NCBI GenBank assembly: GCA_020148045.1 | Contig: JAHCRG010000016.1 | Location: forward strand, 68-64,067 | DNA length: 64,000 nucleotides | DNA from: Patescibacteria group bacterium | GTDB taxonomy: Bacteria; Patescibacteriota; Minisyncoccia; Minisyncoccales; GWA2-38-27 | Direction of reading: 5' to 3' | Program-made: the position numbers and the translations under genes | Shown here: positions 18,894 to 26,193 of the stretch, piece by piece | Layout: every line of letters begins with the position of its first letter | Numbering within the stretch: the stretch's first letter is position 1 | Notes under the pieces: model-generated | The model's input: the letters and a program-made list of their open reading frames with translations, nothing else | The model's database searches: none | What the model was told of the DNA's origin: nothing

Positions 18894-19664
18894 TTAAATC
18901 ATCTCAGCGGATTTAATTTTTAATTTATTAAAAATTAACAAGCCAATTATTAAAGACAATAAGCCATAAACTATTACTCCTAAAATCATCCATATTTCAG
19001 GCATCTTATTATATATAATTAAGTCCCTTGCTGCCGTAATAAAATAATACATTGGATTAAATAGATTAATATAAAAAAGACGAGTTTGTCCCTTGATAGC
19101 GTAAAAGATAGGGGTTCCAAACCATATTAACTTAGAAGCAAAAAGCCAGATATTTTCCAGGTCTATAAAATAGATTGTTAGGATCGCTAAGATAAGAGAG
19201 GCCCCAAAAATAAAAAAACAGAAAAATACTAATATTATAGGATAGAAAATTATCCCAATTAAAGAGTTTTTAAAGATTAAAAGAAGTATAATAAATAAAA
19301 TTATTTCAAATAAATGCGAAAAAAGAGTTTTCAGAACAATTGAAGCTATAAGAGATTCTTTTGGGAAATTTATTGATTTTATAACCTCCCTATATTCCAG
19401 GGTAATAACTCTAGTGGATTCGGTTGTTGTTTGTTGAAAAAAATTAAACATAATTATACCAAGTAATAAATATAAAGGATAGTTCGGAATATCAGCTCCA
19501 AGTCGGTCTGAAAAAACTAATAAGAGCAGGATAAAGACGAGTAAAGGATTTAATAAGTACCACAAAATACCCAAATAACTGCCTTCATTTCTTAACTTAA
19601 ACCCGGCTTTTGCTAAAGATAAGCTTAATCCTAATATGCCTTTTATTTTATGATAAATTTTCAT
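18894..19664 (-). CDS. ABC-2 type transporter permease (Wzm/TagG-like)
   Basis: Six hydrophobic helices. Sits immediately upstream of the ATPase gene. Confidence 0.75.
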   Translation of the reverse strand: MKIYHKIKGILGLSLSLAKAGFKLRNEGSYLGILWYLLNPLLVFILLLLVFSDRLGADIPNYPLYLLLGIIMFNFFQQTTTESTRVITLEYREVIKSINFPKESLIASIVLKTLFSHLFEIILFIILLLIFKNSLIGIIFYPIILVFFCFFIFGASLILAILTIYFIDLENIWLFASKLIWFGTPIFYAIKGQTRLFYINLFNPMYYFITAARDLIIYNKMPEIWMILGVIVYGLLSLIIGLLIFNKLKIKSAEMI

Positions 19665-19695
19665 AGTTTCTAACTACTTTATTCTAATAAAAAAC

Positions 19696-19724
19696 TGGCT
19701 GAAAAGCCAGTTTTTTGATAGAAT
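19696..19724 (+). repeat. 29-nt GAAA-tetraloop hairpin plus TGnTAGAAT module, copy 2
   Basis: TGGCTGAAAAGCCAGTTTTTTG-A-TAGAAT, between divergent gene starts at 19664 and 19733. Confidence 0.8.
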
Positions 19725-19732
19725 TAAGGAAC

Positions 19733-20851
19733 ATGCCAAAAGTTGGTATCGCTACAATTCCACTTGATTATGGCCGGTGCCCGCGTTGGTTATTTGAAAG
19801 GATGAAGCGGCTTTCCCGAGGGATAATGTTGGCTATCCGGGAAGAGTTTGGGCCAGAAGAAATTTTGAAAAGATTATCTGACCCGGTTTGGTTTCAGAGC
19901 TTGGGGTGTGTAATTGGATTTGACTGGAATAGTTCCGGTTTAGCCACTACTACTTTAGGGGCTTTAAAAGTTGGGCTTTTTGATATTCAAGATGAATTAG
20001 GTATTTATGTTTGTGGAGGTAAGAAAGAATCAAGAAAAACACCCCAAGAAATTGAGGCCTATGGAATTTCTCGTGGCTTTCCATTTGCTCCAAATTTAAT
20101 TTATGCCTCAAAAATGGCAGCCAAAGTTGATAGCTCGGCTTTGCAGGATGGTTTTCAAATTTATGCCCACAATTTGATTTTTTCAAAATCAGGTCAGTGG
20201 ACAGTAATCCAGCAGGGAATGAATATTAATGTCCAAAAAGCTCGGCGTTATCATTGGTTGTCTTCCGGAATTAAAGATTTCGTTGAGGAGCCGCATTCAG
20301 GGATTATTTCTGATGCTCGGGGTAAGCCCTTAAATTTAACTGCTAAAGAGAGCAATAAAAATAGGGAGGTTTCAACCGGCTTGGTAGCAGAGGAGCCAAA
20401 AACATTTTTAAAAGATTTAGATTTAATTCAGACCAAAAGGTCAAAAAATCTTACCCTAATGGAACTTAGAGATATTGAGTTTTATTGGCATCCAGTTGTG
20501 CAGGAGAAATTTGATTTAAAGCGGCTTGAGAAAACTATTTTCTTCGCCAATGCTTTAAAGCCAAAAAACTTTGAACAACTCTTAGCCTTAAAAGGCATTG
20601 GTCCCAAAACAATTCGTGCTTTGAGTTTAGTTTCCGAATTAATCTACGGCGCCAGACCCTCTTACGAAGATCCTGCAAGGTATTCATTTTCAGTAGGCGG
20701 GAAAGACGGCACTCCTTTTTTCGTAGAAAGAGATGTTTATGATAAGGTATTGGATGTAATGGAAAAAGGCATTAAAAAAAGCAAAATCTCCTTACGCGAA
20801 AAAGTTGAAGCCCAAAAAAGATTGAATAGTTCATATATTCGTGGGGTATGA
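19733..20851 (+). CDS. DUF763 family protein
   Basis: IPLDYGRCPRWLFERM, DPVWFQSLGCVIGFDWNSSG. Start moved to ATG 19733 (the track used a TTG). Confidence 0.6.
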   Translation: MPKVGIATIPLDYGRCPRWLFERMKRLSRGIMLAIREEFGPEEILKRLSDPVWFQSLGCVIGFDWNSSGLATTTLGALKVGLFDIQDELGIYVCGGKKESRKTPQEIEAYGISRGFPFAPNLIYASKMAAKVDSSALQDGFQIYAHNLIFSKSGQWTVIQQGMNINVQKARRYHWLSSGIKDFVEEPHSGIISDARGKPLNLTAKESNKNREVSTGLVAEEPKTFLKDLDLIQTKRSKNLTLMELRDIEFYWHPVVQEKFDLKRLEKTIFFANALKPKNFEQLLALKGIGPKTIRALSLVSELIYGARPSYEDPARYSFSVGGKDGTPFFVERDVYDKVLDVMEKGIKKSKISLREKVEAQKRLNSSYIRGV

Positions 20852-21321
20852 AAAAATTGTCATTTTATGTTGTTTGTGATAATATACGGAGTTTAGAGAA
20901 TATTGGTTCTATTTTTAGAACTGCTGACGCTTTGAATGTTGATAAGATTTTTCTTTGCGGAATTTGCGGGAGACCACCTAGTCAGAAGATATCAAAAAGC
21001 GCGCTGGGCGCGGAAAAATGGATTGCTTGGGAGTATTGCGGCAAGACTTGGCGAGCAATAGAGAGGTTAAAAAAAGAGAATGTTTTTATTGTGGCTTTGG
21101 AGCAAGAAGAAAATAGTTTAGTTTATACTAAATTCAAGCCAAAATTCCCTTTAGCTTTAATAATAGGGAATGAAGTCAAAGGAGTTTCGCCCTCTGTTTT
21201 AAAAAGAGCAGATAAAATAATATCTTTACCAATGTTTGGCAGAAAAGAATCTCTGAACGTGGCAGTTGCTTTTGGCATAGCAGCTTACAGAATTCGCTGC
21301 CCCCATAGTTCAATTGGATAG
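20848..21321 (+). CDS. SpoU/TrmH-family RNA 2'-O-methyltransferase
   Basis: ENIGSIFRTA, IIGNEVKGVS, SLNVAVAFGI motifs. The last 23 nt of the ORF lie inside tRNA-Arg(CCG). Confidence 0.8.
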   Translation: MKKLSFYVVCDNIRSLENIGSIFRTADALNVDKIFLCGICGRPPSQKISKSALGAEKWIAWEYCGKTWRAIERLKKENVFIVALEQEENSLVYTKFKPKFPLALIIGNEVKGVSPSVLKRADKIISLPMFGRKESLNVAVAFGIAAYRIRCPHSSIG

Positions 21322-21371
21322 AACATCAGCTTCCGGAGCTGAAAATATAGGTTCGAGTCCTATTGAGGGCA
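21299..21371 (+). tRNA. tRNA-Arg(CCG)
   Basis: Cloverleaf folded by hand: acceptor GCCCCCA/TGAGGGC (one C-A mismatch), anticodon loop TTCCGGA, T-loop TTCGAGT. No CCA. Confidence 0.85.
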
Positions 21372-21381
21372 CACGGATGTT

Positions 21382-21467
21382 GGAGGGGTGCTCCGAATGG
21401 TAAGGAACCGCTCTCGAAAAGCGGCGCCCGCTCAGCGGGCTTGTGAGTTCGAATCTCACCCCCTCCG
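21382..21467 (+). tRNA. tRNA-Ser(CGA)
   Basis: Acceptor GGAGGGG/CCCCTCC, anticodon loop CTCGAAA, long variable arm, T-loop TTCGAAT. Confidence 0.85.
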
Positions 21468-21469
21468 CT

Positions 21470-21853
21470 ATGTTTAAATTTTTTCAAAAAGGCAAAGAGC
21501 CGAGGAGTTTGAAGGAGGCTTTGAAACAGTTTGAAGATTTGAAAAAAGAAGTTGAGAGAATTTCTCAAGGGCTTGAAAATTTGAAAGAAAAGGGTAAGCT
21601 TTCTATTCAGAAAGTAGGGATAGTTAGATATAATCCTTTTTCTGAAGTCGGAGGCGACCAGAGCTTTTCTGTTGCTTTGCTTGATGAGAACAATGACGGA
21701 GTAGTGGTTACCAGCTTATACTCCCGAGAAGGAAACAGGGTTTATGGGAAACCAGTGAAGAGTGGTATTTCTGAGTATTCCTTGTCTAATGAGGAGAAGA
21801 AGGCGATTGAGAAAGCCGTAAGCTCTAAAATCCCAAATCCTAATGGTCAATGA
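21470..21853 (+). CDS. DUF4446 family protein
   Basis: VRYNPFSEVGGDQSFSVALLD..GVVVTSLY motif. First ATG is 2 nt after the tRNA-Ser 3' end. Confidence 0.6.
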   Translation: MFKFFQKGKEPRSLKEALKQFEDLKKEVERISQGLENLKEKGKLSIQKVGIVRYNPFSEVGGDQSFSVALLDENNDGVVVTSLYSREGNRVYGKPVKSGISEYSLSNEEKKAIEKAVSSKIPNPNGQ

Positions 21854-21919
21854 CCAATCAAGCCCCAATTATTTAAATCCCAAACAATATATTCTGGTCA
21901 TTGGGGCTTTTAATTAATT

Positions 21920-23410
21920 ATGGTTGAAAAAAAACAACAAAACTTAATATCTCGTCCTCCAGTTGTAGTAGTTTTAGGTCATGTTGATCATGGCAAGAGC
22001 TCTATTTTGGAAAAAATTAAGGATTTGAAGATTACAGAGAAAGAATCAGGAGGGATTACCCAGCATATTGGAGCTTATGAGGTTGAACATCAAGGCAAGA
22101 AAATTACTTTTATTGATACTCCTGGTCATGAGGCGTTTTCAGCCATGCGTTCCAGAGGGGCAAAAGTAGCTGACATCGCGATTTTAGTAATAGCTGCTGA
22201 AGAAGGAATAAAGCCGCAAACTAAAGAAGCAATTTCTCATATTAAGAAAGCTGGAATTCCAATGATTGTGGCTATTAATAAAATGGATAAGCCAGGAGCT
22301 GATCCTGAAAAGGTTAAAAGAGAATTATCAGTCCAAGATATTTCAGTTGAATCAATGGGAGGCAAGATTCCTTCAGTAGAAATATCGGCAGAAACAGGCA
22401 AGGGAATTCCCGAGCTTTTAGAATTAATTTTGTTAGTGGCTGAAATGGAAGGTTTTAAAGCAGATGTTTCCAAACCAGCTGAAGGAGTGATAGTTGAATC
22501 ATATTTAGATTCTCAGCGAGGACCAACAGCTACTTTAATTTTGCAAAATGGAATCTTGAAAAGAGGCGATATATTAGGAACTTCTTCTGTTGTTGGCAAA
22601 ATTAGAATTATGGAAGATTTTCAGGGCTTATCTATTAAGCAGGCTTCTCCGTCAATGCCGGTTATTGTTTTAGGATTTGAAAATGTCCCTAGAGTTGGGG
22701 AGAGATTTAAAGTTTTTACTGATATTGAAACGGCTAAGAGAAGACTTGAAGGAATAGTTAAGCCGGGCCCTCAAGTGCTTGATATTGAGCCAGATAAGAA
22801 AGTTTTAAATTTGATTTTAAAAGTTGATGTTTTAGGGTCGCTTGAAGCAATTGAAGAGGTTTTGAAAAAGCTTCCTCAGGAGAAAGTTATTTTAAGAATT
22901 TTGAAGGGGGAAGTGGGGGAGATAAATGAGTCAGATGTGAAGTTAGCCGGAGGAGCTAAAGCTATAATAGTCGGTTTTAGAGTGAAAACAAATCCAATTG
23001 CCCAAAAATTAGCCTTGAGGGAAAAAATAAAGATAATGTGTTTTGAGGTAATCTATGAATTAGTTCAAGAAGTTAGAGGGGTTTTGGAAAAAAAGGTCAG
23101 ACCCGAAGTAGTGAGGATTGATTTGGGAAAAGTTAAAATTTTAGCAATTTTTCGAACAGAAAAAAATCGCCAGATTATTGGAGGAAAAGTAATTGAAGGT
23201 GAGGTGAAAAGAGGGGCTTCTCTGGAGGTTTTCCGAAATGAGGAAAAAGTTGGCAGAGGGAAAATTGTTAATCTTCAGCGAGATAAAAAAGAGGTTGAGG
23301 AATTAGCAAAGGGAGCAGAATGCGGAATACTTTATGAAGGAGACATTAAGATGGAAGAAGGGGACGTGCTGTGGGTATACACAGAGGAGAGAAGAAAAGG
23401 AGAATTATAA
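21920..23410 (+). CDS. infB: translation initiation factor IF-2 (short form lacking the N-terminal region)
   Basis: G-domain GHVDHGKSS, DTPGH, NKMD, followed by IF-2 domains II-IV. Confidence 0.9.
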   Translation: MVEKKQQNLISRPPVVVVLGHVDHGKSSILEKIKDLKITEKESGGITQHIGAYEVEHQGKKITFIDTPGHEAFSAMRSRGAKVADIAILVIAAEEGIKPQTKEAISHIKKAGIPMIVAINKMDKPGADPEKVKRELSVQDISVESMGGKIPSVEISAETGKGIPELLELILLVAEMEGFKADVSKPAEGVIVESYLDSQRGPTATLILQNGILKRGDILGTSSVVGKIRIMEDFQGLSIKQASPSMPVIVLGFENVPRVGERFKVFTDIETAKRRLEGIVKPGPQVLDIEPDKKVLNLILKVDVLGSLEAIEEVLKKLPQEKVILRILKGEVGEINESDVKLAGGAKAIIVGFRVKTNPIAQKLALREKIKIMCFEVIYELVQEVRGVLEKKVRPEVVRIDLGKVKILAIFRTEKNRQIIGGKVIEGEVKRGASLEVFRNEEKVGRGKIVNLQRDKKEVEELAKGAECGILYEGDIKMEEGDVLWVYTEERRKGEL

Positions 23411-23411
23411 T

Positions 23412-23759
23412 ATGAGTAATCGCATTCAACGCGTTAATGCGTTGATAAAAAATGAGTTAAGTCAGATTCTTTTAAAAGAGGTTGGTTTTCCAAAGGATAC
23501 TTTAGTAACTATTACCCGGGTGGAAAGTTCGGTGAATTTGAATCAGGCAAAAATATATATTTCAGTAATGTCTGAAGATAATATTGATGAAGTTTTCGAG
23601 ATTTTAAATAGAAGAATTTATGATATTCAGCAGACCCTAAACAGACGTTTAAAAATGAGACCAATTCCTAAAATAGAATTTAAAAAAGAAGAAAAAACTG
23701 AGGAAGCAGCAAGGGTTGAGGAGCTTTTGGAGGAGATAAAAAATGAAGAGAAGGGTTGA
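23412..23759 (+). CDS. rbfA: ribosome-binding factor A
   Basis: R.QRVN.LIKNELSQIL start. Start moved to ATG 23412. Confidence 0.85.
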   Translation: MSNRIQRVNALIKNELSQILLKEVGFPKDTLVTITRVESSVNLNQAKIYISVMSEDNIDEVFEILNRRIYDIQQTLNRRLKMRPIPKIEFKKEEKTEEAARVEELLEEIKNEEKG

Positions 23760-23775
23760 AAAAAGAGTAAGAAAA

Positions 23776-23784
23776 TGTTATAAT
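23776..23784 (+). promoter_or_regulatory. extended -10 element TGTTATAAT directly upstream of tRNA-Cys
   Basis: Only 8 nt separate the hexamer from tRNA nucleotide 1 (23793). Confidence 0.4.
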
Positions 23785-23792
23785 AAAATAGT

Positions 23793-23865
23793 GGCCTGGT
23801 AGCCAAGTAGCTAAGGCGGCAGTTTGCAAAACTGTTATACGCGAGTGCAAATCTCGCCCAGGCCT
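23793..23865 (+). tRNA. tRNA-Cys(GCA)
   Basis: Acceptor GGCCTGG/CCAGGCC, discriminator U, anticodon loop TTGCAAA. Unusual T-loop TGCAAAT and D-loop AGTAGCTA. Confidence 0.85.
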
Positions 23866-23873
23866 CAAGACAT

Positions 23874-23959
23874 GCCGGGGTGATGGAATTGCTAGACATG
23901 AAGGACTTAAAATCCTTTGGAGATAAAACTCCGTGCGGGTTGGAGTCCCGCCCCCGGCA
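23874..23959 (+). tRNA. tRNA-Leu(UAA)
   Basis: Acceptor GCCGGGG/CCCCGGC, anticodon loop CTTAAAA, long variable arm. Unusual T-loop TTGGAGT and D-loop GAATTGCTAGA. Confidence 0.85.
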
Positions 23960-23963
23960 CAAA

Positions 23964-23997
23964 TAAAAAAAGCCCCCGTCTTGGCGGGGGCTTTAAG
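23964..23997. terminator. bidirectional terminator between tRNA-Leu(UAA) and the 3D-domain gene
   Basis: AGCCCCCG/CGGGGGCT 8-bp stem flanked by an A-run and a T-run. Confidence 0.75.
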
Positions 23998-24007
23998 GTT
24001 TTATGTT

Positions 24008-24517
24008 TTAGTTTTCTAAAATTTCGGCTTCAACTATTTTTACCCCAAAGCTTTTGGCTTCTTCATAAGAATCCATCCAGATATCAAAATGATAAGATCC
24101 TTTTTTCCAATTCATTCGGTCCTCGACTACAAAAACTTTATCTCCGTAAATCTCAGGAAATCTTATCTCGGTCCCAAAGGAGTACCTATTATTAGCTACA
24201 ATTCCTTGTTCAACTGTTTTTCCTGAAGCGGTTAGAAATGGAGTATTGTCTGTCTGCCAAGTAGTACTGGAATAAGCAGTGACTACCACTTTTACTTTCT
24301 TGACTTTAACAGGAGCTTCGGGATTAGATACTGCTAAGAGAGAATTTTCTTGGATTGTAGCCAGTTCTAAAGCAGAAGCCGGCTCATCGGCTTTTGCCTG
24401 CTGCATTTTTGTTATTCCTAATCCTAAACCACTGGCAAGAATTCCAGCCGTTATTAAAATAACTAAGATTTTTTTGGCTCCCAGATAAGGATCCTCTTTT
24501 TCAATATAAATATCCAT
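24008..24517 (-). CDS. 3D-domain (RlpA/MltA-like double-psi beta-barrel) secreted protein
   Basis: N-terminal TM/signal segment. VTAYSS...TASG...GIVA...FVVEDR....FDIW pattern. Confidence 0.7.
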   Translation of the reverse strand: MDIYIEKEDPYLGAKKILVILITAGILASGLGLGITKMQQAKADEPASALELATIQENSLLAVSNPEAPVKVKKVKVVVTAYSSTTWQTDNTPFLTASGKTVEQGIVANNRYSFGTEIRFPEIYGDKVFVVEDRMNWKKGSYHFDIWMDSYEEAKSFGVKIVEAEILEN

Positions 24518-24546
24518 TCTAAAACCCCAATTTTAGGGGTTTTATC

Positions 24547-24574
24547 ATATTAACTTATCCACAGGCCTTGTCAA
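24547..24574 (-). promoter_or_regulatory. sigma70-type promoter of the 3D-domain gene
   Basis: Minus-strand reading: TTGACA (24574-24569), 16-nt spacer, TAATAT (24552-24547). Confidence 0.55.
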
Positions 24575-24598
24575 GTCTTTTTAGGTATTTTTCGAGTG

Positions 24599-24670
24599 AG
24601 CGGGTGAGCGGAATTGAACCGCCATCTCAACCTTGGCAAGGTTGCATAATAACCACTATACGACACCCGC
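24599..24670 (-). tRNA. tRNA-Gly(GCC)
   Basis: Acceptor GCGGGTG/CACCCGC, anticodon loop TTGCCAA, T-loop TTCAATT. Confidence 0.85.
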
Positions 24671-24732
24671 CTTCGTCAGCCGTAGCTGGCTTCGGCGGGC
24701 GAAGCCCGCAGAGACAGCGTAGCTGGACTTAG

Positions 24733-24806
24733 TGCCGCGAGTCAGACTTGCACTGACCACCCCAGCTTTTTCAGAGCTGTGCTCTAACTACCTGAGCTAT
24801 CGCGGC
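24733..24806 (-). tRNA. tRNA-Phe(GAA)
   Basis: Acceptor GCCGCGA/TCGCGGC, anticodon loop CTGAAAA. Unusual T-loop TGCAAGT and D-loop AGGTAGTTA. Confidence 0.85.
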
Positions 24807-24844
24807 CTAATTAAATTTTATTACATTTTTCCAAAAATTTCCAG

Positions 24845-24920
24845 TGGTGGGCGGTGAAGGATTCGGACCTACGACCTCCTCGGTGTAAACGAGGCACTCT
24901 AACCACTGAGCTAACCGCCC
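24845..24920 (-). tRNA. tRNA-Val(UAC), the only tRNA here with an encoded CCA
   Basis: Acceptor GGGCGGT/ACCGCCC, anticodon loop TTTACAC, T-loop TCCGAAT. 3' ACCA is encoded (24845-24848). Confidence 0.85.
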
Positions 24921-24923
24921 ATG

Positions 24924-25006
24924 TGCCCAGGGTGGGACTTGAACCCACACGCTCTTACGAGCCATGGCCCTCAACCATGTATGTATACCGATTCCATCAC
25001 CTGGGC
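24924..25006 (-). tRNA. tRNA-Leu(GAG)
   Basis: Acceptor GCCCAGG/CCTGGGC, anticodon loop TTGAGGG, long variable arm, T-loop TTCAAGT. Confidence 0.85.
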
Positions 25007-25428
25007 TCTTCTTTTTTCTCTTCCGTTGGTTTTTCTCTAACGATTTCTTCTTTTGGTTCTTCCTCAGCTATTGCTTCAGTAAATTCTTTCCTTTTTAGCC
25101 GGGCTTTTTTGCCTTTCGCTTTTCTTAAGTAATAAAGCTTTGCCCTCCTAACTTTTCCTCTTTTTAAAATTTCTATTTTTTCAATAGTCAGGGAGTGAAT
25201 AGGAAAAATTTTCTCTACTCCAATCCCAGAAATCACTTTTCTTACAGTTATTGTAGCAGAAATTCCTTTTCCATGCTTTTTGGCAAGAACTATACCCTCA
25301 AAGGCCTGAAGTCGCTCCTTATCTTTTTCTTTGACCTTTTGATAAACCCGAACAGTATCACCTGGACGGATGTCAGGCAGACCTTTTTTTAATTGGGTTT
25401 TGGTAAAAGTTTCAATTTTTGTAGGCAT
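24997..25428 (-). CDS. rplS: 50S ribosomal protein L19 with low-complexity C-terminal tail
   Basis: RPGDTVRV..KV.E....R.Q.FEG.V core. The reading frame only stops 10 nt inside tRNA-Leu(GAG). Confidence 0.9.
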   Translation of the reverse strand: MPTKIETFTKTQLKKGLPDIRPGDTVRVYQKVKEKDKERLQAFEGIVLAKKHGKGISATITVRKVISGIGVEKIFPIHSLTIEKIEILKRGKVRRAKLYYLRKAKGKKARLKRKEFTEAIAEEEPKEEIVREKPTEEKKEEPR

Positions 25429-26033
25429 AATTTTAAATCATCTGGCAATGCTGACTTAAATTCTTTTATTTCTCCATCTGGCAGCTTTATTTTAATGTAG
25501 CTGGCATGTAAAAATTGGCGTTTCAATCCTTCTGGGCAGGGCTGATTTTTAAAACCATACATTTTATCTCCAGCAATTGGATGGCCAAGATAAGAAAAAT
25601 GGCATCTGATTTGATGCTTTCTTCCTGTTTTGGGAGCAACTTCAACTAAAGTGTAATCTTTAAATCTTTCTATCACCTTATATTCACTAATTGCTTCTCT
25701 TTTTCCTTTGGAGCCAGGCTCAGCAGGAAGATAAACTTTTTGCTTTTTTCTGTCTTTCGGAGCTCTACCAATTAAGGCTTCAATCACCCCTTGATTATTT
25801 TTAAGATTTCCAACAACTAAAGTAATATATTTCTTTTTTACCTTTCTATTTTTAAATTGTTTTTGCAAAAAAATCAAGGCCTTATCATTTTTTGCGATTA
25901 GAAGAACTCCCGAAGTTTCTTTATCTAACCTATGAACTTTTTTCAAATCAGGATATAAATCACTCGTTACAATCCCTGCTGGTTTATCAATCACCAAGAC
26001 ATCATTATCCTCATAAATTATTTTCGTCTCCAT
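25389..26033 (-). CDS. RluA-family pseudouridine synthase
   Basis: VIDKPAG, HRLDKETSGVLL catalytic motif. ATG lies 1 nt after tRNA-Val(GAC). Confidence 0.85.
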   Translation of the reverse strand: METKIIYEDNDVLVIDKPAGIVTSDLYPDLKKVHRLDKETSGVLLIAKNDKALIFLQKQFKNRKVKKKYITLVVGNLKNNQGVIEALIGRAPKDRKKQKVYLPAEPGSKGKREAISEYKVIERFKDYTLVEVAPKTGRKHQIRCHFSYLGHPIAGDKMYGFKNQPCPEGLKRQFLHASYIKIKLPDGEIKEFKSALPDDLKLCLQKLKLLPKPN

Positions 26034-26034
26034 G

Positions 26035-26107
26035 TGGGCGCTGAGGGATTCGGACCCACGACCTTCTCGATGTCACCGAGACGCGCTAACCACTGCGCCA
26101 AGCGCCC
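26035..26107 (-). tRNA. tRNA-Val(GAC)
   Basis: Acceptor GGGCGCT/AGCGCCC, anticodon loop GTGACAT, T-loop TCCGAAT. Confidence 0.85.
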
Positions 26108-26114
26108 ATTATTG

Positions 26115-26186
26115 TGCGCACGGATGGATTCGAACCATCAACCTCGGCCTTATAAGGACCTTGCTCCGCCATTGAGCTACGTGCGC
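26115..26186 (-). tRNA. tRNA-Ile(UAU)
   Basis: Acceptor GCGCACG/CGTGCGC, anticodon stem AGGTC/GGCCG (one mismatch, one G-U), loop CTTATAA, T-loop TTCGAAT. Confidence 0.75.
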
Positions 26187-26193
26187 ATAATAA

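Noticed and set aside
23627-23962. Minus-strand track ORFs (111 and 62 aa), and the plus-strand ORF 23917..24195
   Set aside because: They overlap rbfA, two tRNA genes and a terminator, and have no protein-like features.
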